DNA of 64,000 nt from an uncultured Eubacteriales bacterium (GTDB taxonomy: Bacteria > Bacillota > Clostridia > Oscillospirales > Acutalibacteraceae), in the NCBI GenBank assembly GCA_900316435.1, contig ONCY01000001.1:16358-80357 (forward strand), in the 5' to 3' direction. A model generated the notes under the pieces. It did not search any database and was not told the DNA's origin. It was given only the letters and a program-made list of their open reading frames with translations. A program made the position numbers and the translations under genes. Of the stretch, positions 50,150 to 60,007 are shown piece after piece (the stretch's first letter is position 1; each line of letters begins with the position of its first letter).

Positions 50150-51274
50150 TTGATTTATCATTTATTGCTACTGATTTTAATAATGGTGATTACTCTTATT
50201 TATGAGTTTGGTAATCAAACACAACAGAATAAAAAAAACTGTGTTATTGTAGTTACGGTGGCATTAACCCTTTTTTCAGGTCTAAGAACATGGTGGTACG
50301 GTGATCTTATTCGATACTATACTTTAGGATATCGAGCCAGTATGTTTTCAAGTTGGCGTGATGTGTTATTTGGCGCAGGAAAGAATCACGGCTTAAACAC
50401 ATTTTTTAAGATTTCAACCAGTTTAGGGTTATCGTATGAAATCTGCCTTTTTTTAATCGCGGCTTTTATTGCGATAACCATTGGTGTGGCGGTATATAAA
50501 TATTCGCCATCTCCTTATTGGAGCTATGTAATGTATATAACAATGGGTTTTTTTGAATTCACTTTAAGTGGACTAAAACAGACAGTTGCTATGGGCTTTT
50601 GCTTTATTGCCATCCATTATGTTTTCAGCAAAAAGAAATGGAAATTTGTGTTATTTGCTTTATTGGCAGCAGTTTTTCACGCACCGGCTGCTATTTTTTT
50701 ATTAGCTTATCCGATAGCAAAACTGAATATTAATCGCAAATACTTTGTTTTATTAGCGGCTACTGTTGTCGCTGTATTTCTATTTAGGAATCAAATAGTT
50801 GGTTTCTTTGCGGAAGCATATTATGATAATAGTGATTCGTTTGCTTCCGGAAGCAAGCTTGTGGGTGGGCGAACTATTATGATGGTTTTTATTATCATTT
50901 TTGCTTCGTTTATGAGAACCCCAATGTATGGTGATAAGGTTTATTCTAACTTATTTAATATAATGGTATTTGCAGCCATAATACAGACATTCTCTATTTA
51001 TGATAATAATTTTACCCGTTTAGCGGATTATTACTACGTATTTGTACTTTTGTTTTTTCCGTTTGTTATGGAAAGCGGAGAACATCAAGCTGTTGCGCAG
51101 CCGGAACGTGCTGCGTTAATAAAATACAATGCACTGCACTTTTATGTTTTAGCAGCGGTTTTTGTTTCCTTGTATTCACTGTACTATTATTACAGATATA
51201 TTTCAGACTCCGGGATTGCTAATAACTTCAAATTCTGCTGGCAGATTAATGCGTATGAGTTGTATGGAAAATAG
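50150..51274 (+). CDS. EpsG-family / Wzy-like polysaccharide polymerase
   Basis: Multi-TM; SGLR...GD..RY, LKQTVAM, FHAPA, RLADYY. Confidence 0.75.
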   Translation: MIYHLLLLILIMVITLIYEFGNQTQQNKKNCVIVVTVALTLFSGLRTWWYGDLIRYYTLGYRASMFSSWRDVLFGAGKNHGLNTFFKISTSLGLSYEICLFLIAAFIAITIGVAVYKYSPSPYWSYVMYITMGFFEFTLSGLKQTVAMGFCFIAIHYVFSKKKWKFVLFALLAAVFHAPAAIFLLAYPIAKLNINRKYFVLLAATVVAVFLFRNQIVGFFAEAYYDNSDSFASGSKLVGGRTIMMVFIIIFASFMRTPMYGDKVYSNLFNIMVFAAIIQTFSIYDNNFTRLADYYYVFVLLFFPFVMESGEHQAVAQPERAALIKYNALHFYVLAAVFVSLYSLYYYYRYISDSGIANNFKFCWQINAYELYGK

Positions 51275-51286
51275 GAGAAATAATGC

Positions 51287-52333
51287 ATGAAACTCAGTAT
51301 TGTTATTCCGGTATATAACTGCAGAGAATACCTTTGCGAATGCGTTGACAGCATTTTGACGCAGAAGGCGGAGTTTGATTACGAAATTATCCTTATTGAT
51401 GACGGTTCGCTTGACAGAAGTGGAGAGATATGTGACAGTTTGGCTCAAGAGAACGATTGCGTAAAATCATTTCACAAGAAAAATGGAGGAGCGGCGAGCG
51501 CCCGAAACCTTGGTATTGAGAAATCTGCAGGCGATTATTTGATGTTTATTGACGGAGATGATACCTTAGCCGATGGGGTGCTGAAGCATATTTCTGAAGT
51601 AATATCGGCAAATCGTTGCGATATGATTGTCTATGGAATGTCTCTTGACTACTATCGCAAAGGGAATTTGAGCAATAAGGTACTATTAAGCTGCCAATTT
51701 AACGGACTTAAACAAAAATCCGAGATGTTTTGTAATTTTAAAAGGTTTTTTGATAATAATGCCTTATCGAGCGCTTGTAATAAAGTTTTCCAGAGTGCGG
51801 TTATTGAAGAATGTAATTTGAGATTTGTTGAAGGAATGACGTTGTATGAGGATTTGAATTTTGTCATTAATTATCTCGCTCATTCCGACAAGATTTTCTT
51901 TATTCCTGAGCCGTACTACCATTACAGAATCGACGCCGACAGTCAGAATTTACATTCGAGAGTATCTAATATAGAAAAGTTACAGAGTAATCTTGAGTTG
52001 TTGCTAAGCTCTATGATTGCACTTAATCTTCAGACAGAAAGCGCTGAAATGCTAAACGTTGGCGCTGATTTATATGTTTTTTTGCTTGATTTGAATTTGT
52101 TATATTCAAGCGGAAAGATAAATGAACAGAAAGAAAGTGTTCAGGCGTACTGTAATTCCTCTGTTTTTGCAAAGGTTCTTGAAGCAGGAGCGTCTCTGCA
52201 CCCTCGATATAAAGAACTAATAACACAGATTCGCTCCAATCAATTCAACGTTTTACAGAGAGAATACGGCAAGAGAAAGCTGAAATTAAAAGTGCGGAGA
52301 AAAATAAAAAGAATTATTCAGAAGGTAAGATAA
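51287..52333 (+). CDS. GT2 glycosyltransferase
   Basis: IPVYN, DDGS.D, GAASARN.G, FIDGDD, EDL. Confidence 0.92.
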   Translation: MKLSIVIPVYNCREYLCECVDSILTQKAEFDYEIILIDDGSLDRSGEICDSLAQENDCVKSFHKKNGGAASARNLGIEKSAGDYLMFIDGDDTLADGVLKHISEVISANRCDMIVYGMSLDYYRKGNLSNKVLLSCQFNGLKQKSEMFCNFKRFFDNNALSSACNKVFQSAVIEECNLRFVEGMTLYEDLNFVINYLAHSDKIFFIPEPYYHYRIDADSQNLHSRVSNIEKLQSNLELLLSSMIALNLQTESAEMLNVGADLYVFLLDLNLLYSSGKINEQKESVQAYCNSSVFAKVLEAGASLHPRYKELITQIRSNQFNVLQREYGKRKLKLKVRRKIKRIIQKVR

Positions 52334-52337
52334 TAGC

Positions 52338-53153
52338 ATGAAAAGCATTGCGTTAAAAGAAATGCAAAAAATTGAACTCGATTTATTGATTGAGCTTGAC
52401 AGAGTGTGCAGCGAGAACGGATTGAGGTATTATATTGACGGCGGAACCTTACTGGGCGCGATGTGCTATGAGGGGTTTATTCCGTGGGATGACGATATTG
52501 ACATTAAAATGCCACGCCCCGATTATGACAGATTGCTGAATATGGGGGATTTGTTTCCATCCCACGTTACGCTTGACGCACCTTCGAAAAATCATTGCGA
52601 GTATACAATGCTTAAGTTAGTGGATAACCGTACGCTATTAATTGAAGAAAACAAAGGAATAAAAAAAGAAACGGGAGTATATCTGGATGTTTTGCCTATG
52701 GATGCACATCCCTCCGATCCGGCTGAATGTGAGGAGCACATCAGAAAGTTGCAGAAATATAATTCGCTTTTTCATCATTCGCTTAAGCATTTCAAAGAGC
52801 TGAAAGAATCGAAGTCATTTGTCGGCAAAATTAAGGGCTTTATGTATGATGTGGTTTATAGTCCGTGGACAATATATCAAAAACTGACTCGTACGGCAAA
52901 GAGGTTTGACTATGACTCGGCGCAGGAAGTAGGTTTGCTTGTGGAAGGTAATCCGATTAAGGAGCGTTTTAAAAAAAGTTGGCTGGAGCCTGAAATCAGG
53001 ATGGAATTTGAAGGATATATGATATCCGCGCCAAATAATTACAGAGAGCACCTTGCCATTTTTTATGGCGACCACGTGCTAAATCCCGAGTATTATCATA
53101 ATCTACCGAGAATAGATTCAAATCATAATCATCAGGTTTATTGGAGAGAATGA
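52338..53153 (+). CDS. LicD-family phosphotransferase
   Basis: GGTLLGA...GFIPWDDDIDI.MPR.DY, LDVLPMD, FEG...P. Confidence 0.9.
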   Translation: MKSIALKEMQKIELDLLIELDRVCSENGLRYYIDGGTLLGAMCYEGFIPWDDDIDIKMPRPDYDRLLNMGDLFPSHVTLDAPSKNHCEYTMLKLVDNRTLLIEENKGIKKETGVYLDVLPMDAHPSDPAECEEHIRKLQKYNSLFHHSLKHFKELKESKSFVGKIKGFMYDVVYSPWTIYQKLTRTAKRFDYDSAQEVGLLVEGNPIKERFKKSWLEPEIRMEFEGYMISAPNNYREHLAIFYGDHVLNPEYYHNLPRIDSNHNHQVYWRE

Positions 53154-53154
53154 G

Positions 53155-54156
53155 ATGAGCTTTAACATAAAGCATATAAATCAATATCTTAATTGGATAA
53201 AAAATGACCGTAAGAATTATAAAGAAGATTGCAAGGTCAGTAAGACGTACGCAAAGCTAAACCGTAAGCTTAACCGTGCATTGCTCGTAAAAAATACCCG
53301 CAAAATCGAATCGGTTTCCTCGCAAAAGCACGAATACATTATTTTAAGACTTACTGAGATATGCAGCGATACGCTAAACAAATACAGAAACTTTCAGGTA
53401 CCGGAAAATCTAAAAACACCCAATCACGAAATCAAGGTATGGAGTATGTGGTGGCAAGGAGAAGATTCTGCGGACAAGCTGTTCAGAATGTGCATTGACT
53501 CGGCAAGAAGACACACAGGCCATGAGGTAGTTACTCTTTCAAAGGATAATTACAGCAAGTATTTTACTATCCCCGATTTTATGTTGAAAAAGCAACAGGA
53601 AGGTAAAATTGCATTACAGCACATCTGTGACTATATGGTAATGGCAATTATGGCTGAGGAAGGCGGCTTGTTTACAGGCGCTACGGTTTGGTGGTCTCAG
53701 GATGTTGGCGATGATGTATTGCGTGCACCGTTCTTTGTCCCTAAGGCTGAATCAAAGAGCCAATATCATATGTCACGTTCCAGGTGGGTTGGTTACGTTA
53801 TGGCAGGCAACAAGGAATTCCCGTTGTTTTCTTTTGTTCGTGACGCTTTGGAGGAATACTGGCGAAAGTGCGATATTGCCATTGACTATTTGATGATGGA
53901 CTATCTCTTTGAGTTTGCGTACAGAACAATTCCTTGCGTAAAGGAAATGATTGATGAAAACCCTGATAATAACCTGCTGCGCAATGAATTGATTGACAGA
54001 TTGAGCGAACCGTATGATGAAGAAACTTTCAAACGGTTTACGGAAGGAGATACTTTCCTTTACAAGCTTTCGTGGAAGTTTGGAAAAAAAGATGAAGTAA
54101 CTGAAGACGGCAGACAGACTAACTACGGTCATATGCTTGAGGAATGTAATTTTTGA
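53155..54156 (+). CDS. Capsular polysaccharide synthesis protein (GT32-like)
   Basis: VWSMWWQG, C..S, DY.MMDY, YKLSWK; the usual DxD-like region reads GATV. Confidence 0.75.
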   Translation: MSFNIKHINQYLNWIKNDRKNYKEDCKVSKTYAKLNRKLNRALLVKNTRKIESVSSQKHEYIILRLTEICSDTLNKYRNFQVPENLKTPNHEIKVWSMWWQGEDSADKLFRMCIDSARRHTGHEVVTLSKDNYSKYFTIPDFMLKKQQEGKIALQHICDYMVMAIMAEEGGLFTGATVWWSQDVGDDVLRAPFFVPKAESKSQYHMSRSRWVGYVMAGNKEFPLFSFVRDALEEYWRKCDIAIDYLMMDYLFEFAYRTIPCVKEMIDENPDNNLLRNELIDRLSEPYDEETFKRFTEGDTFLYKLSWKFGKKDEVTEDGRQTNYGHMLEECNF

Positions 54157-54175
54157 TTGTGGGGATACACGAAAA

Positions 54176-54592
54176 ATGTGTGATTATGATAAAGATAAAC
54201 TGATTCATTTTCCTCAGCACGGAGATACCAGAGGTCACTTGGTAGTAATTGAAGGAATTAAGGATATTCCTTTTCAGATTGCGAGGATTTTTTATATTTA
54301 CGGATCTGATTCTACTGTTGTCAGAGGACAGCATGCCAATAGAAAAAGCGAATTTGTTTTGGTAAATATATGCGGGACTTGTAAAGTTAAAACTAATGAC
54401 GGAAAAGGAAACACAAAAGAATTTAATCTTGATAAACCGCATGAGGGGGTGTATATTCCCAAAATGGTTTGGAAGGATATGTATGATTTTTCAGATGATA
54501 GTATTTTACTTTGCCTGGCAAGTCAGCCATATGATGCGAAAGAGTATATAAGAGATTATGACCGATTCATTGATGAAGTGGGAAAAAAGTAA
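54176..54592 (+). CDS. FdtA/QdtA-family cupin sugar 3,4-ketoisomerase
   Basis: DTRG.LVVIE, IPF.I.RIFYIY, RGQHA, LASQPYD..EYIRDY. Confidence 0.88.
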   Translation: MCDYDKDKLIHFPQHGDTRGHLVVIEGIKDIPFQIARIFYIYGSDSTVVRGQHANRKSEFVLVNICGTCKVKTNDGKGNTKEFNLDKPHEGVYIPKMVWKDMYDFSDDSILLCLASQPYDAKEYIRDYDRFIDEVGKK

Positions 54593-55686
54593 TGATTAAT
54601 TTCGTAGAATTGAAAAGAACATATGATTTATATGCGTGTGAATATGAAGAAGCTGTTTTAAAAGCAATGCGTTCAGGCTGGTATATCATGGGGAAAGAGT
54701 TGTCGGAATTCGAAAGGCAATTTGCTTCATATGTAGGTTCAAAGTATTGTATTGGGATAAATTCAGGTTTGGATGCGTTGATTTTGGCTGTACGTGCTTT
54801 AGGCATTAAAGCTGGCGATGAAGTTATTGTCCCATCTAATACATATATTGCAAGTGTTTTAGGAATTACCGAAAACGGAGCAACTCCTGTTTTTGTTGAA
54901 CCCGACGAATACTTTGGTATTGACGCTGAAAAAATTGAATCTGCGATTACTGAAAAAACAAAGGCTATTTTGCCTGTTCATTTATACGGTCAGGCTTGTG
55001 ATATGACTAAAATTTGCTCAATAGCCGGTAAGCATAATTTAATGGTTATTGAAGATTGTGCACAGTCTCACGGAGCTACTTATTGCGGAAAAATGACAGG
55101 TACATTTGGAGATATCGGATGTTTCAGTTTTTATCCTACCAAACCGCTTGGTGCTCTTGGAGATTCAGGTGCGATTGTGACAGATGATGAAAAAATTGCA
55201 AAAAAATTATTTGCGATGCGTAATTATGGCAGCTCAAAGAAGTATGTAAATAATATTGTTGGCGTCAATTCCAGATTAGATGAACTGCAGGCAGCGGCGC
55301 TTCAGGTTAGTTTGAAACATGTTGATGATGGTGTTGACTACAGGAACAGAATTGCGCGGAGATATTTGACAGAAATAAAGAATACAAGTGTTATTCTTCC
55401 TAAATGTAATCCGAATTCCCGTCACGTTTACCATGTGTTTGCTCTTTTGAGCAATAAACGCAATGAGTTACAGAAGCATTTATTTGATTGTGGTATCAGT
55501 TCTTTGATTCATTATCCTATTCCACCGCATTTGCAGAAATGCTATACATATCTTGGATATCATCAAGGCGACCTGCCAATTTGTGAAAAGTATGCCTCTT
55601 GTGAGCTTAGTTTACCGATTTACAACGGGATGCCGCATGAAGAGGTTAGTCTTGTGATTAACGCGGTTAACTCATTTAAGGGGTAA
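54592..55686 (+). CDS. DegT/DnrJ/EryC1/StrS aminotransferase (FdtB/QdtB-like)
   Basis: SGWYI, VHLYGQ, EDCAQSHG, SFYPTKPLG..GD, NSRLDELQAA, IHYP. Confidence 0.92.
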   Translation: MINFVELKRTYDLYACEYEEAVLKAMRSGWYIMGKELSEFERQFASYVGSKYCIGINSGLDALILAVRALGIKAGDEVIVPSNTYIASVLGITENGATPVFVEPDEYFGIDAEKIESAITEKTKAILPVHLYGQACDMTKICSIAGKHNLMVIEDCAQSHGATYCGKMTGTFGDIGCFSFYPTKPLGALGDSGAIVTDDEKIAKKLFAMRNYGSSKKYVNNIVGVNSRLDELQAAALQVSLKHVDDGVDYRNRIARRYLTEIKNTSVILPKCNPNSRHVYHVFALLSNKRNELQKHLFDCGISSLIHYPIPPHLQKCYTYLGYHQGDLPICEKYASCELSLPIYNGMPHEEVSLVINAVNSFKG

Positions 55687-55689
55687 TAT

Positions 55690-56211
55690 ATGAATCGGAT
55701 CTATCTTAGAAAACTCAAGAGAAAAGATGCTCCGCTGATGCTTGAGTGGATGCAGGACCCATCTATTGCATGTTTTTTCCGTTTTGACGCGCAGAGCATG
55801 ACAGTTGAGGATTGCGAAAAATTTATTGAAAGTATTGATGATGATTCCGGTTCAAAACACTACGCAATTGTAAATGAGGAAGATGAGTACCTTGGAACCA
55901 TTAGTCTGAAAAACATAGATTATCAGAAGCAGGAAGCTGAGTATGCAATAAGCACCAGAAAAAAGGCACACGGGACAGGCGTTGCGATGTCAGCTACAAA
56001 GGCGGTTCTGAGAATAGCATTTGAAGAATTAAAGCTAAAGCGTGTCTACTTAAATGTACTAAAAGAAAACAGCAGGGCAAATGCATTTTATCGAAAAGTC
56101 GGATTTCAGTTTGACTATTGTGATGAAAATGCGTTTGAGATCAGAGGTAAAAAAAAGTCCCTAAACTGGTACTATTTCACTAATAATTGTTTTAAGTTAT
56201 CAGATAAATAA
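55690..56211 (+). CDS. GNAT N-acyltransferase (RimL-like)
   Basis: GTISLKNID, AEYAI, G.G.A, N.RA..FY.K.GF. Confidence 0.85.
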   Translation: MNRIYLRKLKRKDAPLMLEWMQDPSIACFFRFDAQSMTVEDCEKFIESIDDDSGSKHYAIVNEEDEYLGTISLKNIDYQKQEAEYAISTRKKAHGTGVAMSATKAVLRIAFEELKLKRVYLNVLKENSRANAFYRKVGFQFDYCDENAFEIRGKKKSLNWYYFTNNCFKLSDK

Positions 56212-56243
56212 CAAATACCGTTTTTGTTTAGCGGGAGGTATTT

Positions 56244-57239
56244 ATGGAAAGAAAATATGATGGTTTTGAATATGCTGTAAGTGTAGTAATATGCACCTAT
56301 GGACAGGCAGAGTACTTACCTCGGCTTTTAGACAGCGTTGTAAATCAAAAAACAAATTTTAAGTTTGAAGTAATGGTTGATGACGATTGTTCTCCGGATA
56401 ACACAAGAGAAATAATACTCGAATATCAAAAAAAGTATCCTGATATTATTTTCCCTTCGTTAAGGAATGAAAATGTCAGAGCAACAAAGAATCAATATAT
56501 GATGTTGCGTCGCGCCAGAGGAAAGTACATTGCTACCGTTGATGGGGATGATTACTGGATCGATATGGACAAGCTTCAGTATCAGTATGATTTTATGGAG
56601 TCGCATCCTGAGTACATTTGTATGTACTGCAACTCAATGGTAATAACGAGTCTTGACGGAAAAGAAATGCATCCGCGCAGAGATATTTCCGAGCCGATGG
56701 TTTTTACATATAAAGATTGGATGAATTTTCACTTTTTTGACCGTATGCCCAATAGTGATGACACACTTTTTTGCAGAAACTTTTTTGCAACAGCTCCTGA
56801 GGAAGAAGTCGATATAATTTACAAGGCTCACGATATGGAACAGGATCAGACCTTAGCGTTGATTTTTTACGGAAAAGGGCCTGTTTATGTTGATCCGAGA
56901 ATTGTATCTCATCACCGGTCAATCGTAGATTCGAGTAAAGAAAACTTTCAGTCTTTAGAAGCCAGAAATGATAATAAAGTCAAAATAGCATACAAGTACG
57001 CTTGCCAAGAGGATTACTGCGAAAAGTATCTTCACAGAAGATGTACTAAGTTTCTTAAAGTACGTGCGTGGGTTTTTGCAGAAGCTTTCTGGACAGCTAA
57101 GAAGTCTCATAAACAGGAAGATTGGGATAAAGCCAAAGCTATTTGGAAACAGAGAAAGAAGAAATGGCCGCTTGTTTGGTATACATTTGTATGGGGATGC
57201 GGAACGATTAAAAGAAAGATCAGCGGCGTACATAATTAA
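56244..57239 (+). CDS. GT2 glycosyltransferase
   Basis: DDCSPD, GKYIA..DGDDYW..KLQ.Q. Confidence 0.9.
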   Translation: MERKYDGFEYAVSVVICTYGQAEYLPRLLDSVVNQKTNFKFEVMVDDDCSPDNTREIILEYQKKYPDIIFPSLRNENVRATKNQYMMLRRARGKYIATVDGDDYWIDMDKLQYQYDFMESHPEYICMYCNSMVITSLDGKEMHPRRDISEPMVFTYKDWMNFHFFDRMPNSDDTLFCRNFFATAPEEEVDIIYKAHDMEQDQTLALIFYGKGPVYVDPRIVSHHRSIVDSSKENFQSLEARNDNKVKIAYKYACQEDYCEKYLHRRCTKFLKVRAWVFAEAFWTAKKSHKQEDWDKAKAIWKQRKKKWPLVWYTFVWGCGTIKRKISGVHN

Positions 57240-57302
57240 TTGATTATAAACAATACATTAACTGAGTGTTATAAACTTATGTAAGTATGAAGGAGAATAA
57301 AA

Positions 57303-58445
57303 ATGGCTATTCAAGTATTAAAACCTAAATTTCATGTAGACGAATGTCTGGAAGGTATCCGTGAGTGTCTGGAGAAAGGTTGGACAGGCATGGGATACAA
57401 AACTGTTGAGTTTGAAGAAGCTTGGAAGAAATACACCGGACATAAGTATGCCTATTATCTGAACTCAAATACGGTTGGTTTGCATCTCGCCGTTAAAATT
57501 TTAAAGATGAATAATGGATGGGCGGATGATGATGAAATTATCTCATCTCCTATCACATTTGTTTCCACTAATCTTGCAATTGAGTATGAAAACATGAAGC
57601 CGGTATTTGCTGATGTTGACGAGTATCTTTGCATTGATCCCGAAGATGTTGAAAGAAAAATTACTGATAAGACCAGAGCGGTTATTTTTGTCGGTTACGG
57701 TGGTAGAGTGGGTCAGCTTGATAAGGTGATTGATATTTGTAAAAGCCATAATCTTAAACTCATTCTTGATGCAGCTCATATGTCCGGCACGAAAGTTAAA
57801 GGCGTTTGTCCCGGAACATGGGAAGGGATCGACGTTGCGGTGTATTCTTTCCAGGCTGTAAAGAACCTTGCTACAGGCGATAGCGGTATGATTTGCTGGG
57901 CTGATGAAAAGTCAGCGGAAATGACAAGAATGTTGGCGTGGTGCGGTATAAATAAGGATACGTATGCACGTTCAAATCGAGGTACTTATGCTTGGAAATA
58001 TGATGTTGATTATGTTGGATATAAGTACAACGGGAATGCCATTATGGCAGCAATTGGACTTACACAATTAAAGTATTTGGATGAAGAGAACGCACGTCGT
58101 CGTGAAATAGTTGATATGTACAACAAAGGGTTTAAGGATAATCCCTATATTCATATTATTCCTGCTCCTTACGCGGATGAATGTTCATATCATTTATATG
58201 AGCTCGTAGTTCCTGATAGAGAAGATTTATTGAAGAAGCTTTCTCAGGAAGGAATAAACTGCGGAGTGCATTATCGCGATAACACGGAGTACAGTATATT
58301 TGCGTTTGGTGAAGGTCAAGCGCCCAAAGCGAGAAAAATCAGTCAGAATCTTATCACAATGCCTCTGCATATGTGGTTGACAGATGATGATGTTAACAAA
58401 ATAATACATTGCGTCAACATGTTTGTCAGCGGCAGGAAAGGATAA
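57303..58445 (+). CDS. DegT/DnrJ/EryC1/StrS aminotransferase (SpsC/PseC-like)
   Basis: GWTG.G, TFVST, DAAH, SFQAVKNL.TGD.G, GVHY. Confidence 0.9.
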   Translation: MAIQVLKPKFHVDECLEGIRECLEKGWTGMGYKTVEFEEAWKKYTGHKYAYYLNSNTVGLHLAVKILKMNNGWADDDEIISSPITFVSTNLAIEYENMKPVFADVDEYLCIDPEDVERKITDKTRAVIFVGYGGRVGQLDKVIDICKSHNLKLILDAAHMSGTKVKGVCPGTWEGIDVAVYSFQAVKNLATGDSGMICWADEKSAEMTRMLAWCGINKDTYARSNRGTYAWKYDVDYVGYKYNGNAIMAAIGLTQLKYLDEENARRREIVDMYNKGFKDNPYIHIIPAPYADECSYHLYELVVPDREDLLKKLSQEGINCGVHYRDNTEYSIFAFGEGQAPKARKISQNLITMPLHMWLTDDDVNKIIHCVNMFVSGRKG

Positions 58446-58452
58446 TATATTT

Positions 58453-58989
58453 ATGAGAATTTCGCTAAGACCGGTTACTTTAGATGACGGAGAAACAATT
58501 GTTAAGTGGAAAAACTCAAAAAATGTGATAAGCCATAGTTTTAATAAGAATAAGATAACCGTAGAATCAAATATAAAGTTTTATAAAGATAATATTGTTA
58601 CAGGAAAATATAAGCAGTTTATTGTTGAACGACTGGATGAGGATTACGGTGCTTTTTCATATGATATTGCGACTGTATACCTCAAGGATATTGATAATTA
58701 CAATAACAGATGTGAATTATGTGTTTTTACAAGTGACGACGGGGAATGGAACGATGAAGCAAAAAGTCAGGCAATAAGAATGTTGCTGGATATGGCTTTT
58801 AACGAATATGGTATGCATAAAGTATACTCGTATGTTTTTTCCGAGTTTTTAGATGAGGCTGAGCTGTTAAAAAAAGCAGGTTTTAGGGCGGAATCAATAC
58901 TGTGCGAAGAGGCTAAAAACATACACGGCGAATTCACAGATGTAATCAGATTTTCTGTATATAAAGAGTCTTTTGACACTATTGCCTGA
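58453..58989 (+). CDS. GNAT N-acyltransferase (PseH/RimL-like)
   Basis: LRPV..DD...W.N, AF..YGMHKVY, KAGF..E. Confidence 0.8.
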   Translation: MRISLRPVTLDDGETIVKWKNSKNVISHSFNKNKITVESNIKFYKDNIVTGKYKQFIVERLDEDYGAFSYDIATVYLKDIDNYNNRCELCVFTSDDGEWNDEAKSQAIRMLLDMAFNEYGMHKVYSYVFSEFLDEAELLKKAGFRAESILCEEAKNIHGEFTDVIRFSVYKESFDTIA

Positions 58990-59070
58990 ACCAAAAAAGG
59001 TTGTTTTATATTAAAGACTTGATTCTATGCATAATTTCAATGAGTTATTCATTCTGAAAAAAGCTACTTA

Positions 59071-59961
59071 GTGTATTTATTACTTAAATCTGAAATGTCT
59101 AAAAAGAAAAAGATTGCCTGCTTGATTGCTTCTGGGGTTATTTTAGCGGTTCTGTGTCTGTTTACTTATATGTTAGGGCTTGCGTTCAAATTGACAACAG
59201 TTGAATATACAATAAAGGCTAAAGTTAATCAGCAAATATGTATAGTCCAGCTGAGTGATTTGCATGATGCACAGTTTGGCGAAGATAATAAGGATCTTAT
59301 CAGTTCTGTCAGAAATAAGCACCCGGATTTGATTTTCATGACAGGAGATATGATCAACAAGGACACACAGGATTTATCTCGGTTAAAAAATCTGATAACA
59401 GAGTCGTGCAAAATAGCGCCCGTATACTATGGATTTGGGAACCATGAGCGCATCTGGCAAAAAGTCCACAGTCCCGATTTGTCTCAGATTATAAAAGAGT
59501 GCGGAGCTACCGTGCTCGAGAACAAATATGTTGATTTGACAATTAACGGCAATTCGGTAAGGATCGGAGGCTATTCCGGGTATTACGGTACACCTCATAT
59601 GGTGAGTAATGACGCGGAATCTCAGAAGAGCTTTTGGCAGTTTAAAAAGTTGTTTGAAAACACTAACCGTCTGAAAATATTGCTTGCGCATATTCCAACG
59701 CCCTGGATTGACTGGGAATATATCAACAAATATGATGTGGATATTGTTTTCTCAGGACATTACCACGGCGGCGAAATAAAGGTACCTTTTGCGGGCGGAT
59801 TATATGCGCCATACATAGGTTATTGGCCTCAAAATACAGAGGGCGTTTTTTACGGAAGCAAGGGAGTCTGCGTTTTGTCAACCGGATTAGGATCCGAGCA
59901 CGTTCTGCGTTTTAATAATCCCCCGCAGATTGTTGTGGCAGATTTAGTTTCAAATGAATAG
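59071..59961 (+). CDS. Membrane-anchored metallophosphoesterase (YkuE-like)
   Basis: SDLH, TGD, GNHE, LAH, SGHYHGG; N-terminal TM. Confidence 0.9.
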   Translation: MYLLLKSEMSKKKKIACLIASGVILAVLCLFTYMLGLAFKLTTVEYTIKAKVNQQICIVQLSDLHDAQFGEDNKDLISSVRNKHPDLIFMTGDMINKDTQDLSRLKNLITESCKIAPVYYGFGNHERIWQKVHSPDLSQIIKECGATVLENKYVDLTINGNSVRIGGYSGYYGTPHMVSNDAESQKSFWQFKKLFENTNRLKILLAHIPTPWIDWEYINKYDVDIVFSGHYHGGEIKVPFAGGLYAPYIGYWPQNTEGVFYGSKGVCVLSTGLGSEHVLRFNNPPQIVVADLVSNE

Positions 59962-60007
59962 AATCTTAATATGTTATAAAGCATTTAATTGCTAAAAAAA
60001 TATTACC

